64,000 bases of DNA from Pristiophorus japonicus (taxonomy: Eukaryota), in contig NC_091999.1 in NCBI RefSeq assembly GCF_044704955.1, forward strand, positions 16,802,001-16,866,000, read 5' to 3'. Position numbers and translations under genes: made by a program. Shown here one piece after another: positions 24,646 through 36,919 of the stretch. Every line of letters begins with the position of its first letter. Positions within the stretch are counted from its first letter, which is position 1. Below the pieces are notes generated by a model. That model was not told where the DNA came from, made no database searches, and saw only the letters and a list, made by a program, of their open reading frames with translations.

Positions 24646-24877
24646 TTTGCCTTTATTATTCATTATTTCCACCCAAACTGTTTCAGCACAGAGCCAATTT
24701 AATTAACTGGTTCTCCTCAGATAAAAAAGATCACAAATATTTAATTGCAGTTCCTAACCAAAGATTTCTTAAAGAAAAAAAATACTCATCAATCCACCAG
24801 CCAATCACTTACCTGCTTGGCTGTGACGTCACACTTCGATTTCAACTTTTTTTTTTTACTTTATGTTTTTGGTGAAG

Positions 24878-25645
24878 CTGGCCTCCTGACTGCAGCCCTT
24901 TGTACTCCCGCGTCCACTCAGGTCTTGTGATGTTGGCCTCCTCCAGACTGTGGCCCTTTGTACTCCCGCGTCCACTCAGGTCTTGTGATGCTGGCCTCCT
25001 CCAGACTGTGGCCCTTTGTACTCCCGCGTCCACTCAGGTCTTGTGATGCTGGCCTCCTCCAGACTGTGGCCCTTTGTACTCCCACGTCCACTCAGGTCTT
25101 GTGATGTTGGCCTCCTCCAGACTGTGGCCCTTTGTACTCCCGCGTCCACTCAGGTCTTGTGATGCTGGCCTCCTGACTGCAGTCCTTTGTACTCCCACGT
25201 CCACTCAGGTCTCGTGATGCTGGCCTCCTCCTGACTGCTGCCCTTTGTACTCCCGCGCTCGCTCAGGTCTCACGATGCTGGCCTCCTCCTGACTGCAGCC
25301 CTTTGTACTCCCGCGCTCGCTCAGGTCTCATGATGCTGGCCTCCTCCTGACTGCCGCCCTTTGTACTCCCGCGTCTGCTCAGGTCTCGCGATGCTGGCCT
25401 CCTCCAGACTGTGGCCCTTTGTACTCCCATGTCCGCTCAGGTCTCGCGATGCTGGCCTCCTCCAGACTGTGGCCCTTTGTACTCCCGCGTCCGCTCAGGT
25501 CTCACGATGCTGGCCTCCTCCAGACTGTGGCCCTTTGTACTCCCGCTCTCGCTCAGGTCTTACGATGCTGGCCTCCTCCTGACTGCTGCCCTTTGTACTC
25601 CCGTGCTCGCTCAGGTCTCACGATGCTGGCCTCCTCCAGACTGTT
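24878..25645. repeat. 58-bp CpG-containing minisatellite x~13
   Basis: Unit GCTGGCCTCCTCCAGACTGTGGCCCTTTGTACTCCCGCGTCCACTCAGGTCTTGTGAT. Confidence 0.96.
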
Positions 25646-25769
25646 CCGCAGAAGCAGGGGGTTTGTCTGCTTTTATCCATGAATTTAACAAGTCTATATT
25701 AAAATGTTAAATTTAAAAAATCTTCATTAAAATGTGAGCCAGTGGGTTGTGAGCCCCAGAGCCTTGTGT

Positions 25770-26125
25770 CCATGGTAAACGAGCCAAAGGTGGGCAGCAG
25801 AAATGTTACAAGGACACCCTCAAAGCTTCTCTAATAAAGTGCGACATCACCACTGACACCAGGGAGTCCCTGGCCAAAGACTATCCTGGATGGAGAAAGG
25901 GCATCCAGGAGGGCACTGAGCGCCTCGAGTTTCAATGCCGAGTGCATGAAGAGGTTAAGCGCAGGCAGTGGAAGGAGTGTGCGACAAACCTGTCCTACCC
26001 ACCAGTGACACAGTCTGTGGTTCTCGTATTGGACTGTTTAGCCACCAAAGAACTCACTTCAGGAGTGGAAGCAAGTCTTCCTCGATTCAGAAGGACTGCC
26101 TATGATGATGATGATGATGATGATG
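25770..26125 (+). mobile_element. RTE-clade LINE 3' fragment with (GAT)n tail
   Basis: Reads GKRAKGGQQKCYKDTLKASL, similar to the RTE C-terminal GRPRKRYKDTLK motif; (GAT)n at 26103-26125. Confidence 0.75.
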
Positions 26126-26129
26126 TGTC

Positions 26130-26750
26130 CAAAAGGGCCCACAATAAAGGCCCATCGCCTCCCCTGGCCCCAGGCCCTGAACAAGGGACTGCACAAGGTC
26201 GTGCCCTGCGGCTCAGACAATCAGCGGCACAAATCCCGCCTCTCGGGCTCCCCGATTGGTTGGAGGACCCTCCGCCAGCTCGCTTCTCCAGCCCCGCCCC
26301 ACTCGCTCCGCATTGGTCGGAAGCTCCTGTCAATCAGGCCCGGGTCACGTGTCCCTCAAGCGCGCTCCGCCAAACTGGTGGAAACTGTTCTCGGGGACCC
26401 GGATGGGCGGACTCTCGGGTTTGGATCTCCCTTTATTCTCTCCCTATCCCCCCCGTGCAATTCCCTACACAATCGGAGCGGAGAAAACTTACTTTGCATC
26501 ACCGCTCATGGCTCTTAACAGACACAGACGCCTTTCCCCGGAAGGTGCTGTGCTGACTCCACACCACAGGATCCGAGTGAGCAGGCGCAGCTCCGAGTGT
26601 GGGGGGGAGGCGGCGGTTGGTGTCCCCTGGGCATGCGCGGTTATTACCGATATCGACCGAGACGGGGTGCTGTGCCGGACATGGTTATCGGTGCACATGC
26701 GCAGACTGTCGGCTGTCAATCACCCATCAGGCAGCGCAGCTGCTGGTGAG
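26130..26750 (+). promoter_or_regulatory. CpG island / probable promoter of zinc-finger copy 3
   Basis: High CpG density; two inverted CCAAT boxes (~26255, ~26312), GC box CCCCGCCCC (~26291), E-box CACGTG (~26346); paralogous to 43320-43412. Confidence 0.65.
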
Positions 26751-26894
26751 ACCTGTGACATCATCGAATCCCAGACATTGACAGCACAGAAGGAGGTCAT
26801 TTAGCCCATTGTGTCCCTGCCGGCCGGCACAGAGCTCTCCAGCCTAATCCCACTGTACAGCTCTTCGTCTGTAGCTCTGTAGGTTACGGCACAA

Positions 26895-27330
26895 AAAAGA
26901 AAGCCTTACATTTATATAGCGCCTTTCACGAACACCGGACGTCTCAAAGCTCTTCACAGAGAATGAAGTACTTTTGGAGTGTAGTCACTGTTGTAATGTG
27001 GGAAACACGGCAGCTAATTTGCACCCAGCAAGCTCCCACAGAGAGCAATGTGATAATGACCAGATAAATTGTTGTTGTTATTTTGGTTAAAGGATAAATA
27101 TTGGCCACGACGTCGTGGATAGCTTCCCTGTTCTTCTTCGAAATAGTGCCATGAGATCTTTTACGTCCACCAGAGAGAGAGTTGACCAGGCTTCGGTTTA
27201 AAGCCTCATCCGAAAGATGGCTCCTCCGACAGTGCAGTGGCACTGGCGTGTCAGCCTAGATTTTTTGTGCTCAAGTCTCTGGAGTGGGACTTGAACCCAC
27301 AACCTTCTGACACACTGAGCCACAGCTAAC
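26895..27330 (-). mobile_element. tRNA-derived SINE, near full length
   Basis: Minus head ...GGTTGTGGGTTCAAGTCCCACTCCAGAG (B-box like); same family as 4872-5305. Confidence 0.8.
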
Positions 27331-27334
27331 ACCT

Positions 27335-27800
27335 CTGCTAAGGCAAATAGGTCCTTCCTATCCACTCTATCTAGTCCCCTCTAGTGCATATCAGAATACT
27401 TTTAAATGTTATGAGGGTTTCTGCCTCTACCACTCTTTCAGGCAGCGAGTTCCAGATTCCCACCATCCTCTCGGTGAAAAAACTTCTCAAATCCCATCTA
27501 AACCTTTCACCAATTACTTTAAATCTATGCACCCCCAGGTATTGACCCTCTGCTAAGGGAAATAGGTCCTTCCTATCCCCTCTATCTAGGCCCCTCATAA
27601 TTTTATACACCTCAATGAGGTCTCTCCACACGTCCTCTTTTCCTAAAAAAACAACCCCAGCCTATCCAATCTGTCCTCATAGCTAAAATTCTCAAGTCCA
27701 GGCAACATCCTGGTAAATCTTTGTAACCTGAGTGGTGCAATCACATCTTTCTTGTAATGTGGTGACCAGAACTGCACACAGTACTCTAGCTGTGGCCTAA
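27335..27800 (-). mobile_element. CR1 LINE 3' fragment
   Basis: RDLIEVYKIMRGLDR and WNSLPERVVEA. Confidence 0.88.
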
Positions 27801-28270
27801 TTAGAACCCAGCCAGAGCCAGCACCTTCAGGGGAAGAGAGGGAGGGGAACCAGTGGGTGTAGAACTGACCCAGCCAGTGTCAGCACCTTCAGGGGAGGAG
27901 AGGGAGGGGAACCAGTGAGTGTAGAACTGAACCCAACCAGAGTCAGCACCTTCAGGGGAGGAGAGGGAGGGGATCCAGTGAGTGTAGAACTGAACCCAGC
28001 CAGAGTCAGCACCTTCAGGGGAGGAGAGGGAGGGGATCCAGTGAGTGTAGAACTGAACCCAGCCAGAGTCAGAACCTTCAGGGGAGGAGAGGGAGGGGAT
28101 CCAGTGAGTGTAGAACTGAACCCAGCCAGAGTCAGCACCTTCAGGGGAGGAGAGGGAGGGGAACCAGTCAGTGTAGAACTGAACCCAGCCAGTGTCAGCA
28201 CTTTCAGCGGAGAAGAGGGAGGGGAACCAGTGAGTGTAGAACTGAATCCAGCCAGAGTCAGCACCTTCAG
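27801..28270. repeat. 63-bp minisatellite x~7.5 (GTGAGTGTAGAACTGAACCCAGCCAGAGTCAGCACCTTCAGGGGAGG...)
   Basis: Tandem copies; same core at 19745-19840 (minus) and 32897-33362. Confidence 0.96.
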
Positions 28271-28464
28271 CAAGAAGGAAAAAATGTTGGTGATGATGTA
28301 ATGGGTTTGGATTTCAGCATGGGGAGTAGGGATAGTGTGTGGGTTAGGGATTTACATTTGTGGGGAAACTAGAGAGGAATATGTGTACCACAGAAACCAA
28401 AATTGACTGTTCTGAATTTATATCCTGTCCTTACAGAGATGACTTTTGTAAACTCCTTTTTCAG

Positions 28465-29415
28465 GGTATTAGAAGGGAAGGATTTGCAGATGAGAAACTG
28501 GAACCAAACATCACCAAGATCTCACAGAGTCACTTGATCCACCGCAACATGAATATCATCGGCCTTTGAATGTGGAAGGAGAAATGTTTGTCTGTTCTGC
28601 CTGTGGGCAAATATTTCAAACATCAGTGTGACTTCAAAAGCACCGAGACACACACAGACGAGTGAAAGTGTTCCCGTGCACTGCCTTTGGAAAGAGCTTT
28701 AACCAGTTACATAGCCTGAAAAAACAGCGCACCATTCACAGCGCAGAGAATCTGTAAATGTGTTGTGTGTTGGCGAGGCATCAACTGATCAACCAATCTG
28801 GAGAGACACAAGGATACCAGCACCATGGAGTAACCGTGGGAATGTGGAGACTGTGGGAAGGGATTCAGTTACCCGTCTGAGCTGGAAATTCACAAGCGCA
28901 ATCACACTGGGGAGAGGCCGTTCACCTGGTCAGAGCATGGGAAAGGATTCAATTGGCCATCCCACCTGCTGAGACACCAGCGAGTACATACCGAGGAGAG
29001 GCCGTTCACCTGCTCCATGTGTGGGAAGGGATTCAGTGATTCATCCAGCGAACTGACACACCAGCCACCTCACACTGGGGAGTGGCCATTCACGTGCTCC
29101 GTGTGTGGGAAGGGATTCACTTGTTCATCCAACCTGCTGGCACACCAACTTGTTCACACCAATAAGAAACCGTTTAAATGTTCTGACTGTGAGAAGAGTT
29201 TTAAAAGCAGAAATGATTTGAGGAAACTCCAACGCGCTCACACTGGGGAGAGGCCGTTCACCTGCTCCATCTGTGGGAAGCAATTCACTGCCCCATACAA
29301 CCTGCTGACACACCAGCGAGTTCACACTGGGGAGAGGCCGTTCACCTGCTCCGTCTGTGGGAAGGGATTCACTGCCCCATACAACCTGCTCAGACACCTG
29401 CGAGTTCACAAGTGA
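28465..29415 (+). pseudogene. C2H2 zinc-finger exon, copy 3 (7 finger units; ATG GAG TAA at 28825-28833; several zinc ligands lost)
   Basis: Acceptor TTTTTCAG| at 28464; nonsense codon two codons after ACCATGG; finger 2 has W..H for C..C; finger 5 lacks its first His. Confidence 0.85.
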
Positions 29416-29911
29416 CTGCAGGGTTGGATTCTGCTGTGAATCACATCAGGCCTGAATCGTGTTAATTCTGACAGTCGGGCTGTGTTTCCCCTGTAACTGG
29501 GCTGGATTTAATGTTCTGGATATCTGACAAATAAATCAGCTTTGGTTCCAACACACACTGTGTAGATTGCGTGACTTCTCCAATATAAGAGGAGTCTAAT
29601 TGTTGTCCTGTTACTAATTGTTCCTTTTTTGGAACTTTTCTCCTTCATTTAACAAAGACCTGTCCTTATGCAGCGCCTCACATGACCTCAAAATGTTTAC
29701 AGCCAATGAAGTGCAACAACACCAAAGTACATTTGAAGTGCATTCACTATTGTAGTATAGGAAATGCAGCAGATGCTTTGCACACATCAAGCTGCCATGA
29801 ACAGCAATGGCCAGATAATCTGTTTGAGTGATATTTGTTGAGAGCTGATGGGGCCTCAGTTGAACGACTCACCTGAAAGATGGCAACACTGACAGTGCAG
29901 CAATCCTGTGC

Positions 29912-30196
29912 GGTACCTGCCCTGGGCGTGTTTGATGGGACAGTGTAGAGGGAGCTTTACTCTGCATCTAACCCGTGCTGTACCTGCCCTGTGAGTGTTT
30001 GATGGGACAGTGTAGAGGGAGCTTTGCACTGTATCTAACCAGTACTGTACCTGCCCTGGGAGTTTTGATGGGACCGTGTAGAGGAAGCTTTACTCTGTAT
30101 CTAACCCAAGCTGTACCTGCCCTGGGAGTGTTTGTTGGGACAGTGTAGAGGGAGCTTTACTCTGTATCTAACCCCGTGCTGTACCTGCCCTGGAAG
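29912..30196. repeat. 67-bp satellite (TACCTGCCCTGGGAGTGTTTGATGGGACAGTGTAGAGGGAGCTTTACTCTGTATCTAACCCGTGCTG) x~4
   Basis: Tandem copies; same family at 45762-45830 and inverted at ~60730-62755. Confidence 0.93.
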
Positions 30197-30449
30197 TGCA
30201 TTAGGCTGACACAAGGTGCTCCGAATGACCCATTCCCAAACACTGACATCCATCACCTCGATGAGAACATCATTTAACCCAAAGATAAGGAAAACCCATC
30301 AGTTCCTCCCCTGGACACAGGTCCGGAGGGACAGTGAGTGTCCCGGACATTGTTGTACAGTGTGTTCGATAGCTCACCCTGGGTCTGAGCCTTTTGTTGA
30401 TGGTTTGAATTTGACGCCCTCGAATTACTGACTCACCGACTGGTGGAAA

Positions 30450-30780
30450 TAGTTTTTCCTCATTTACCGATCAAATTTTGAATACCTCCCTCAGATCTCC
30501 AATGACCCTTTGTTCTAATGAAAAGAGTCCCAGTTTCTCCAATCTCCCCTGATAACTAAAGCCTCTCTTCCCTCGTATCATCTCAGTGAATCTCTCTGCA
30601 CCCTCTCCATGGCCTCCACATCCTTCCTGGTGTAAGTTCCCCAAAACCTGACACAATATTCGAACTGTAGCCTAACCAATGATTTATGCAAGTTTACATG
30701 ACCTCTGCCCTTTTGTACTGCACACCCCTATTTATAAACCGTAGGACCCCATGTGCTTCTTTAACGACTTTATCAACATA
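30450..30780 (-). mobile_element. Degenerate CR1 fragment
   Basis: ERFTEMI...RLEKLGLFSLEQR. Confidence 0.75.
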
Positions 30781-32896
30781 AAATGGCTAAAATACATTGA
30801 CTTCGACTTAAATATGCATCATGGGAAAGATAAGTTTAGGCTGAGTTAGAAACGCAAACAATCGATTCGCTGCAGACAGGTCACCATGGCAACACTGATC
30901 AGACATTCCATTCGCTGAACCCACTGTTGCAATCTATAATCAGATCAGGGGAAAGAACAGGGTTTGTCTGTTAGTAACCACAATGTAAGCTTAAACCAGA
31001 GTGAGTAACACAATAGATTAGATTATAATGCGTGATGCTGATACCTATAATTGTGAAACTATAAAACATAACAACTAATAGCAGGCAGGGGAGTTTAGGG
31101 ACAATGAGAATATTACTGAAGAAAAGTAACTGCTGGGAACCAGGAAAAGTGTCCTTGTAAATCACGGATTAAAGAAGTTCCAGCTGTCTTTTCCTCGCTT
31201 CATGCCCAAACCCAGCAGAGAAGACAAAGAAGACTCCGGTGTCAGAGGTGAATCAGTGCAGGGTATAAAAGTGAGGGGAGACTGATGTAAGGGGGCAGTG
31301 GGGACTGGAGACACCGGAGATCAAGCTCAGAGCACCCGAGGTTCCATCCAGTGGGCTGACCTGGTGTCAGGTACTGTGGACACGCGGGACTTGCATCTTT
31401 ACTCTGATGTGGTAGAGCACAGAGAATCTGCTCAAATTATATTTCTTAAAATATTAATGTTTCTAATAATAATGATTGAATATATTTAAGGTGGAGATAT
31501 ACAGAGTTTTGAGCGATAAGGGAGTGAAGGGTTATGGGGAGCGGGCAGGGAAGTGGAGTTGAGGCCCGGATCAGATTAGCCATGATCTTATTGAATGGCG
31601 GAGCAGGCTCGAGGAACCAGATGACGTACTTCTGCTCCTATTTCTTATGTTCTCGTGTTATAACACTCGTCTCTCGATCCTCAATAAAATAAGGAATTAG
31701 CTAGAATCTTACAACCCTAAATCTCTCTGCTCCTCTACTCCATTGAAAGTTTTACCATTTAATATATATTGCCTCCCTTTTTCTTCCTCCCGAAATCTAT
31801 CGCAGCACATTTCTCTGCATTAAATTTCATTTCACATCTACCTGCCCAATTACTAACCTGTGTATTGACAATGAAGGCACTTAAAGTCCTCTTCACAGTT
31901 GGCCATGGGCCCTTTTTGGCGTTCCCTGGAGATTTTGATCATGTGCCGCATATACCCAAGCCCAGATCATTTCTCTATATTAAGCAGAGCAATGGTCTCA
32001 ACACTGACCCTGGGGGCACCATTGTTTACATCCCCCCAGTCTGAAAAACCTCCATTAACCGCCACTCTCTGTTTTCTGCCCTTGACCCAAATTCCTCTCT
32101 ACGCTGCCCCACTCCCTTTAATACTATAAGCCTTAATTTGATCAACAAGCCTCCTGTCCGGCATCTTATCAAACACCTTTTGACAATCCATCTGCACAAC
32201 ATTTATTTCCTTTCTCACTGCACTGTGTGATTTCCTGAAACCCTGCTGCCTGTCCTGAATGAATCCATTTCACTACCAAATGCTGCAATGTTTGCTCCAC
32301 TCCACAGGGTTCCATCTGTTTGAAGCCATAACACAAAATCCCGTTTCCTCCTGGAGTTTGAGAGACAACACTCTGCATTATCCGCCGTTCCACAACGACC
32401 TGCCAGTTTCAGATACAGACTCCAGGACCACCAGGAAGTGCTGGGAAATCTCCAGCGAGTCAGGAAATGTCTGTCAATGTAGGAGAAATGGGGAGTGGTC
32501 AGGGAGTGTCTGTAAATGGAGAAATGGGGACTGGTCAGGGAGCGTCTGTAAATGGAGGAGAAATGGGGATTGGTCATGGAGCGTCTGTAAATGGAGGAGA
32601 AATGGGGATTGGTCAGGGAACGTCTGTAAATGGAGGAGAAATGGGGACTGGTCTGGGACTTTCTGTAATTTAAGTAGAAATTACTATTTTTAGTGAACAA
32701 ATGTATCAGTGAATTAATGGAACACTTCGCGTGTCCCAGCTCCTGTAAGTACTGGCTGTAAAGGAATGGTATTCTGAGGAGGCTCCACGCTGCTGGCTGC
32801 TCATTAGTCAGTTATCTCCCATCATATTAATGTGCTTCTGCTGTGTGTGTTTAATAAAGTGCCATGAGCACTTCACAAACAGTGGGGAGCCAGGAA

Positions 32897-34405
32897 GTGT
32901 AGAACTGAACCCAGCCAGAATCAGTATCTTCAGGGGAGGGGAACCAGTGAGTGTAGAACTGAACCCAGCTAGAGACAGCACTTCAGGGGAGCGGAACCAG
33001 TGAGTGTAGAACTGAACCCAGCCAGAGTCAGTACCTTCAGGGGAGGGGAACCAGTGAGTGTAGAACTGAACCCAGCTAGAGACAGCACTTCAGGGGAGGG
33101 GAACCAGTGAGTGTAGAACTGAACCCAACCAGTGTCAGCACTTAAGGGGAGGGGAAACAGTGAGTGTAGAACTGAACCCAGCCAGAGTCAGTACCTTCAG
33201 GGGAAGGGAACCAGTGAGTGTAGAACTGAACCCAACCAGTGTCAGCACTTCAGGGGAGGGGAACCAGTGAGTGTAAAACTAAATACAGCCAGAGTCAGTA
33301 CCTTCAGGGGAAGGGAACTAGTGAGTGTAGAACTGAACCCAGCCAGAGTCAGAACCTTCAGGGGGGAGGGGGAGAGCCCGAGTTGGGGGAGGGGGAGAGC
33401 CCATGTTGGGAGAGAGGGGGAGGGGGAGAGTCCGCGGTTGGGGGAGGGGGGGAGACGGGGTTGGGAGAGAGGGGGGGAAGTGGAGAGCCGGGATTGGGGA
33501 AGGGGGAGAGATGTCGTTGGGAGAGAGGGGGAGGGGGAGAGCCCGGGTTGTGGGAGAGGAAGAGCCCGAGTTGGGGGAGCCCCAGTTGGGGAAGCCCGAG
33601 TTGGGGGAGAGAGGGAAGGAGAAAGACCGAGCTGGGGGAGGGGAGAGGGGTGGAGAGGGAGAGCCCGGAGAGGGGGAGAGCCCGAGTTGGGGGCGGGGGG
33701 ATGGGGAGAGCCCGAGTTGGGGAGAGGGGAAGGAGGAGACCCCGAATTGAGGGGGAGGGGGAGAGCCCGAATTGAGGGGGAGGGGGAGAGACGTGGTCGG
33801 GGGAGAGAGGGAGGGGGAGAGCCTGAGTTGGGGGAGAGAGGGAGGGGGAGAGCCCGAGTTGGGGGAGAGAGGGAGGGGAGAGCCCGAGTTGAGGCAGAGG
33901 GGGTGTGTGAGATTCTGAGTTGGGGGAGAGGGGGAGGGGGGCCCGAGTTGGGGGAGAGGGAGTGGGAGGGGGAGAGCCCGAGTTGGGGGAGAGAGGGAGG
34001 GGACGAGCCAGAGTTGAGGGAGAGGGGGAGGCTGAGATTTTGAGTTGAGGAGAGGGAAACGGGGCGAGACCGAGTTGGGGGAGAGGGAGAGGGAGGGGGA
34101 GTGCCCGAGTTTGAGGGGAGGGGGAGAGCCCGAGTTATTTCGGGAGGAGGGGAGAGCCCGAGTTTTTTGGGGGGAGGGGAAGGGGAGGAGCCTGAGTTGT
34201 GGGGAGGAGAGGAGTCCGAGTTGGGGCGGAGGGGAGGAGCCAGAGTCGGGGGGGAGGGGAGGGTGGAGTAACCCGAATCGGGGGAAGGGGAGGGTGGAGG
34301 AGTCCGAGTCGGGAGTGGAGGGAGCCCGAATCCGGGGGTGGTGTGTGGGAGGGGAGGGAACCCGAGTTGGGTGGGAGGTGTGGAAGACCGAATTGGGGGA
34401 GGGGG
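32897..34405. repeat. ~54-bp minisatellite x~8.5 (32897-33362) grading into a G-rich GAGCCCGAGTTGGGGG degenerate array
   Basis: Direct inspection; extreme purine and G skew on the plus strand. Confidence 0.95.
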
Positions 34406-34407
34406 AT

Positions 34408-36919
34408 TGTTGTGTATCTGTAAAGCATGAACTCCCATGCTTCGCCACCAGGGAGCACATCCCCTGAAATCCCAATGGATCCCAACATGCCTTGGGAGCA
34501 CTGTATATAAGCCGGCCCCTACGGTCTGTTCCTCACTCTGGAGTGTCTTAATAAAGACTGAGGTCACTATTACTTTCACCTCCCTGTGTGCAGTCCCATC
34601 TGTGTTTGGAACACAATAACTGGCGACGAGAATACGAATCCAACACAAAGATGCAGCAAACTGTGGGCATGCTGGAGCAGAGCTCGGAGAGTGGGGACTG
34701 GGAAGCCGATGGCGAACGGCTAGACCAGTACTTTGTAGCCAACGAGCTGGACGGAGAAGGAAGCACTGCAAAAAGGAGAAACGTCCTCCTCACGGTCTGC
34801 GGGGCACCGACCTATAGCCTCATGAAGGATCTTCTGGCTCCAGTGAAACCACAGACAAGTCATATGAGGAGCTGTGTACACTGGTTCTGGAGCATCTTAA
34901 CCCGAGGTAGATTGTGCTGATGACAAGGTATCGGTTCTACACGTGCCAGCGATCTGAAGGTCAGAAAGTGGCGAGCTACATCGCCGAGCTAAGGCGACTT
35001 GCAGGACAATGTGAGTTTGATGGCTACCTGGAGCAGATGCTCAGAGAATTTTTTTTACTGGCCATTGGCCACGAGACCATCCTATGAAAACTTTTTACTG
35101 TAGAGACACCGACCCTTAGTAATGCCATTGAAATAGCACAGGCGTTTATGTCCACCAATGATAACAACAAACAAATCTCTCAGCACACAAGTGCTAGCAA
35201 TGTTCATACATAACTGGAATTGGGTTTGCGAGCAGAAATGTACAGGGCAGAAACCATGAGTCTGCAACTGCCAGCAGGCCTCAGGTGACCAAGATGACTC
35301 AGAGTCCGCAAGGCAATTAACACCTTGTTGGCATTGTGGAGGCTTCCATTCTGCCTATTCATTCCGGTTCAAAGGGTATGTTTGCAACAGCTGTGGACCA
35401 ATGGGGCACCTCCAACGAGCTTGCAGACGAGCTGCAAGTTCAGCTAAACCTGCTGACCACCACGTGGCAGAGGAATATCGGTCCATGGTGGAACAAAGCA
35501 ATTTCAAGCCTCAGAGAGAGGAGGCAGATGCTGAAGTACACGGGCTGCACACATTTTCGACAAAATGTCCACCTATATTGTTAAATGTAAAATTCAATGG
35601 CTTACACATAGCCATGGAACTGGACACTGGTGCTAGCCAATCCATCATGAGTAAAAAGATGTTTGAGAGACTGTGGTGCAATATGGCACTCATACCAACC
35701 ATGAGCCCCATGCACACGAAACTGAGAACGTACACCAAAGAGCTCATCACTGTCCTGGGCAGTGCCATAGTCAAGTTCACCAACGAGGGCATGGTGCACG
35801 AACTGCCACTCTGGATTGTCCTGGGCGATGGCCCCACACTGCTTGGAAGGAGCTGGCTGGGAAAAATCCGCTGGAACTGGGTGACATCCGAGCGCTATCA
35901 CATGTCGATCAGGCCTCGTGTACCCAGGTTCTTAAAAATGTCTTTCCCTTTTTGAGCCAGGCATTGGAAACTTTTCCGGGGCGAAGGTGTTTATCCACTT
36001 GGTCCGAGAGGCACGGCCCATTCACCACAAGGCGCGAGCGGTACCTCACATGATGAGGGAGAGAGTGGAAATCGGGCTGGACAGGCTGCAACGCGAGGGC
36101 ATCATCTCTCCAGTGGAATTCAGTGAGTGGGCCAGCCCGATTTTTCCAGTACTCAAAAGTGATAGCACGGTCAGGATTTGCAGCGATTAGAAAGTAACTA
36201 TTAATTATTTCTCGCTACAGGACCAATACTCACTACCTAAGGCAGACGACCTATTTGTGACGCAGACAGGAGGCAAGACGTTCACCAAGCTCGACCTGAC
36301 TTTGGCATACATGACGCAGGAGCTGGAGGAGTCTTCGAAGTGCCTCACCTGCATTAACACGCACAAGGGACTGTTCATCTACAACAGATGTCCTTTTGGA
36401 ATTCGATCGGCTGCAGCGATCCACCAGTGAAACATGGAGAGCCTACTCAAGTCAGTACCACGCACGGTGGTTTTTCAGTACGACATATTGTTCACGGGTC
36501 GGGACACCATCGAGCACCTACAAAACCTGGAGGAGGTCCTCCAGCGACTGGATCGCGTAGGGCTGCAGCTGAAGAGGTCGAAATGCGTCTTCATGGCAAC
36601 AGAAGTGGAGTTTTTGGGGAGAAAGATCGCGGCGGACGGCATTCGGCCCACAGACGCCAAGACAGAGGCTATCAGGAACGCGCCCAGGCCACAGAACGTC
36701 ATGGAGCTGCGGTCGTTCCTGGGACTCCTCAACTATTTTGGTAACTTCCTACCCGGGTTAAGCACCCTCTTAGAGCCCCTACATGTGTTATTGCGTAAAA
36801 GTGAGAACTGGGTATGGGGGGGAAAAAACAAGTAATTGCTTTTGAGAAAGCCAGAAACATTTATGCTCCAACAAGCTGCTTGTATTGTATAACCTGTGTA
36901 AACGACTTGTGCTAGCATG
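34408..36919 (+). mobile_element. Ty3/gypsy LTR retrotransposon, 5' half (LTR 34408-34618, PBS 34621-34630, gag, protease, RT), disabled and truncated
   Basis: LTR TGTTGTG...CACAATA with TATATAA and AATAAA; PBS TGGCGACGAG (tRNA-Ser-like, from memory); gag ERLDQYFVAN; protease MELDTGAS; RT SEWASPI and FLGLLNYF; stops at LVLAC. Confidence 0.93.

Noticed and set aside
30800-31700. Possible solo LTR (TATAAAA at ~31264, AATAAA at ~31684)
   Set aside because: No TG..CA termini, TSD or second copy identifiable by eye.
33132-34771. Long Pro-rich or Gly-rich ORFs (303, 385 and 509 aa)
   Set aside because: Low-complexity G/C-skewed repeat lacking stop codons in several frames on both strands.
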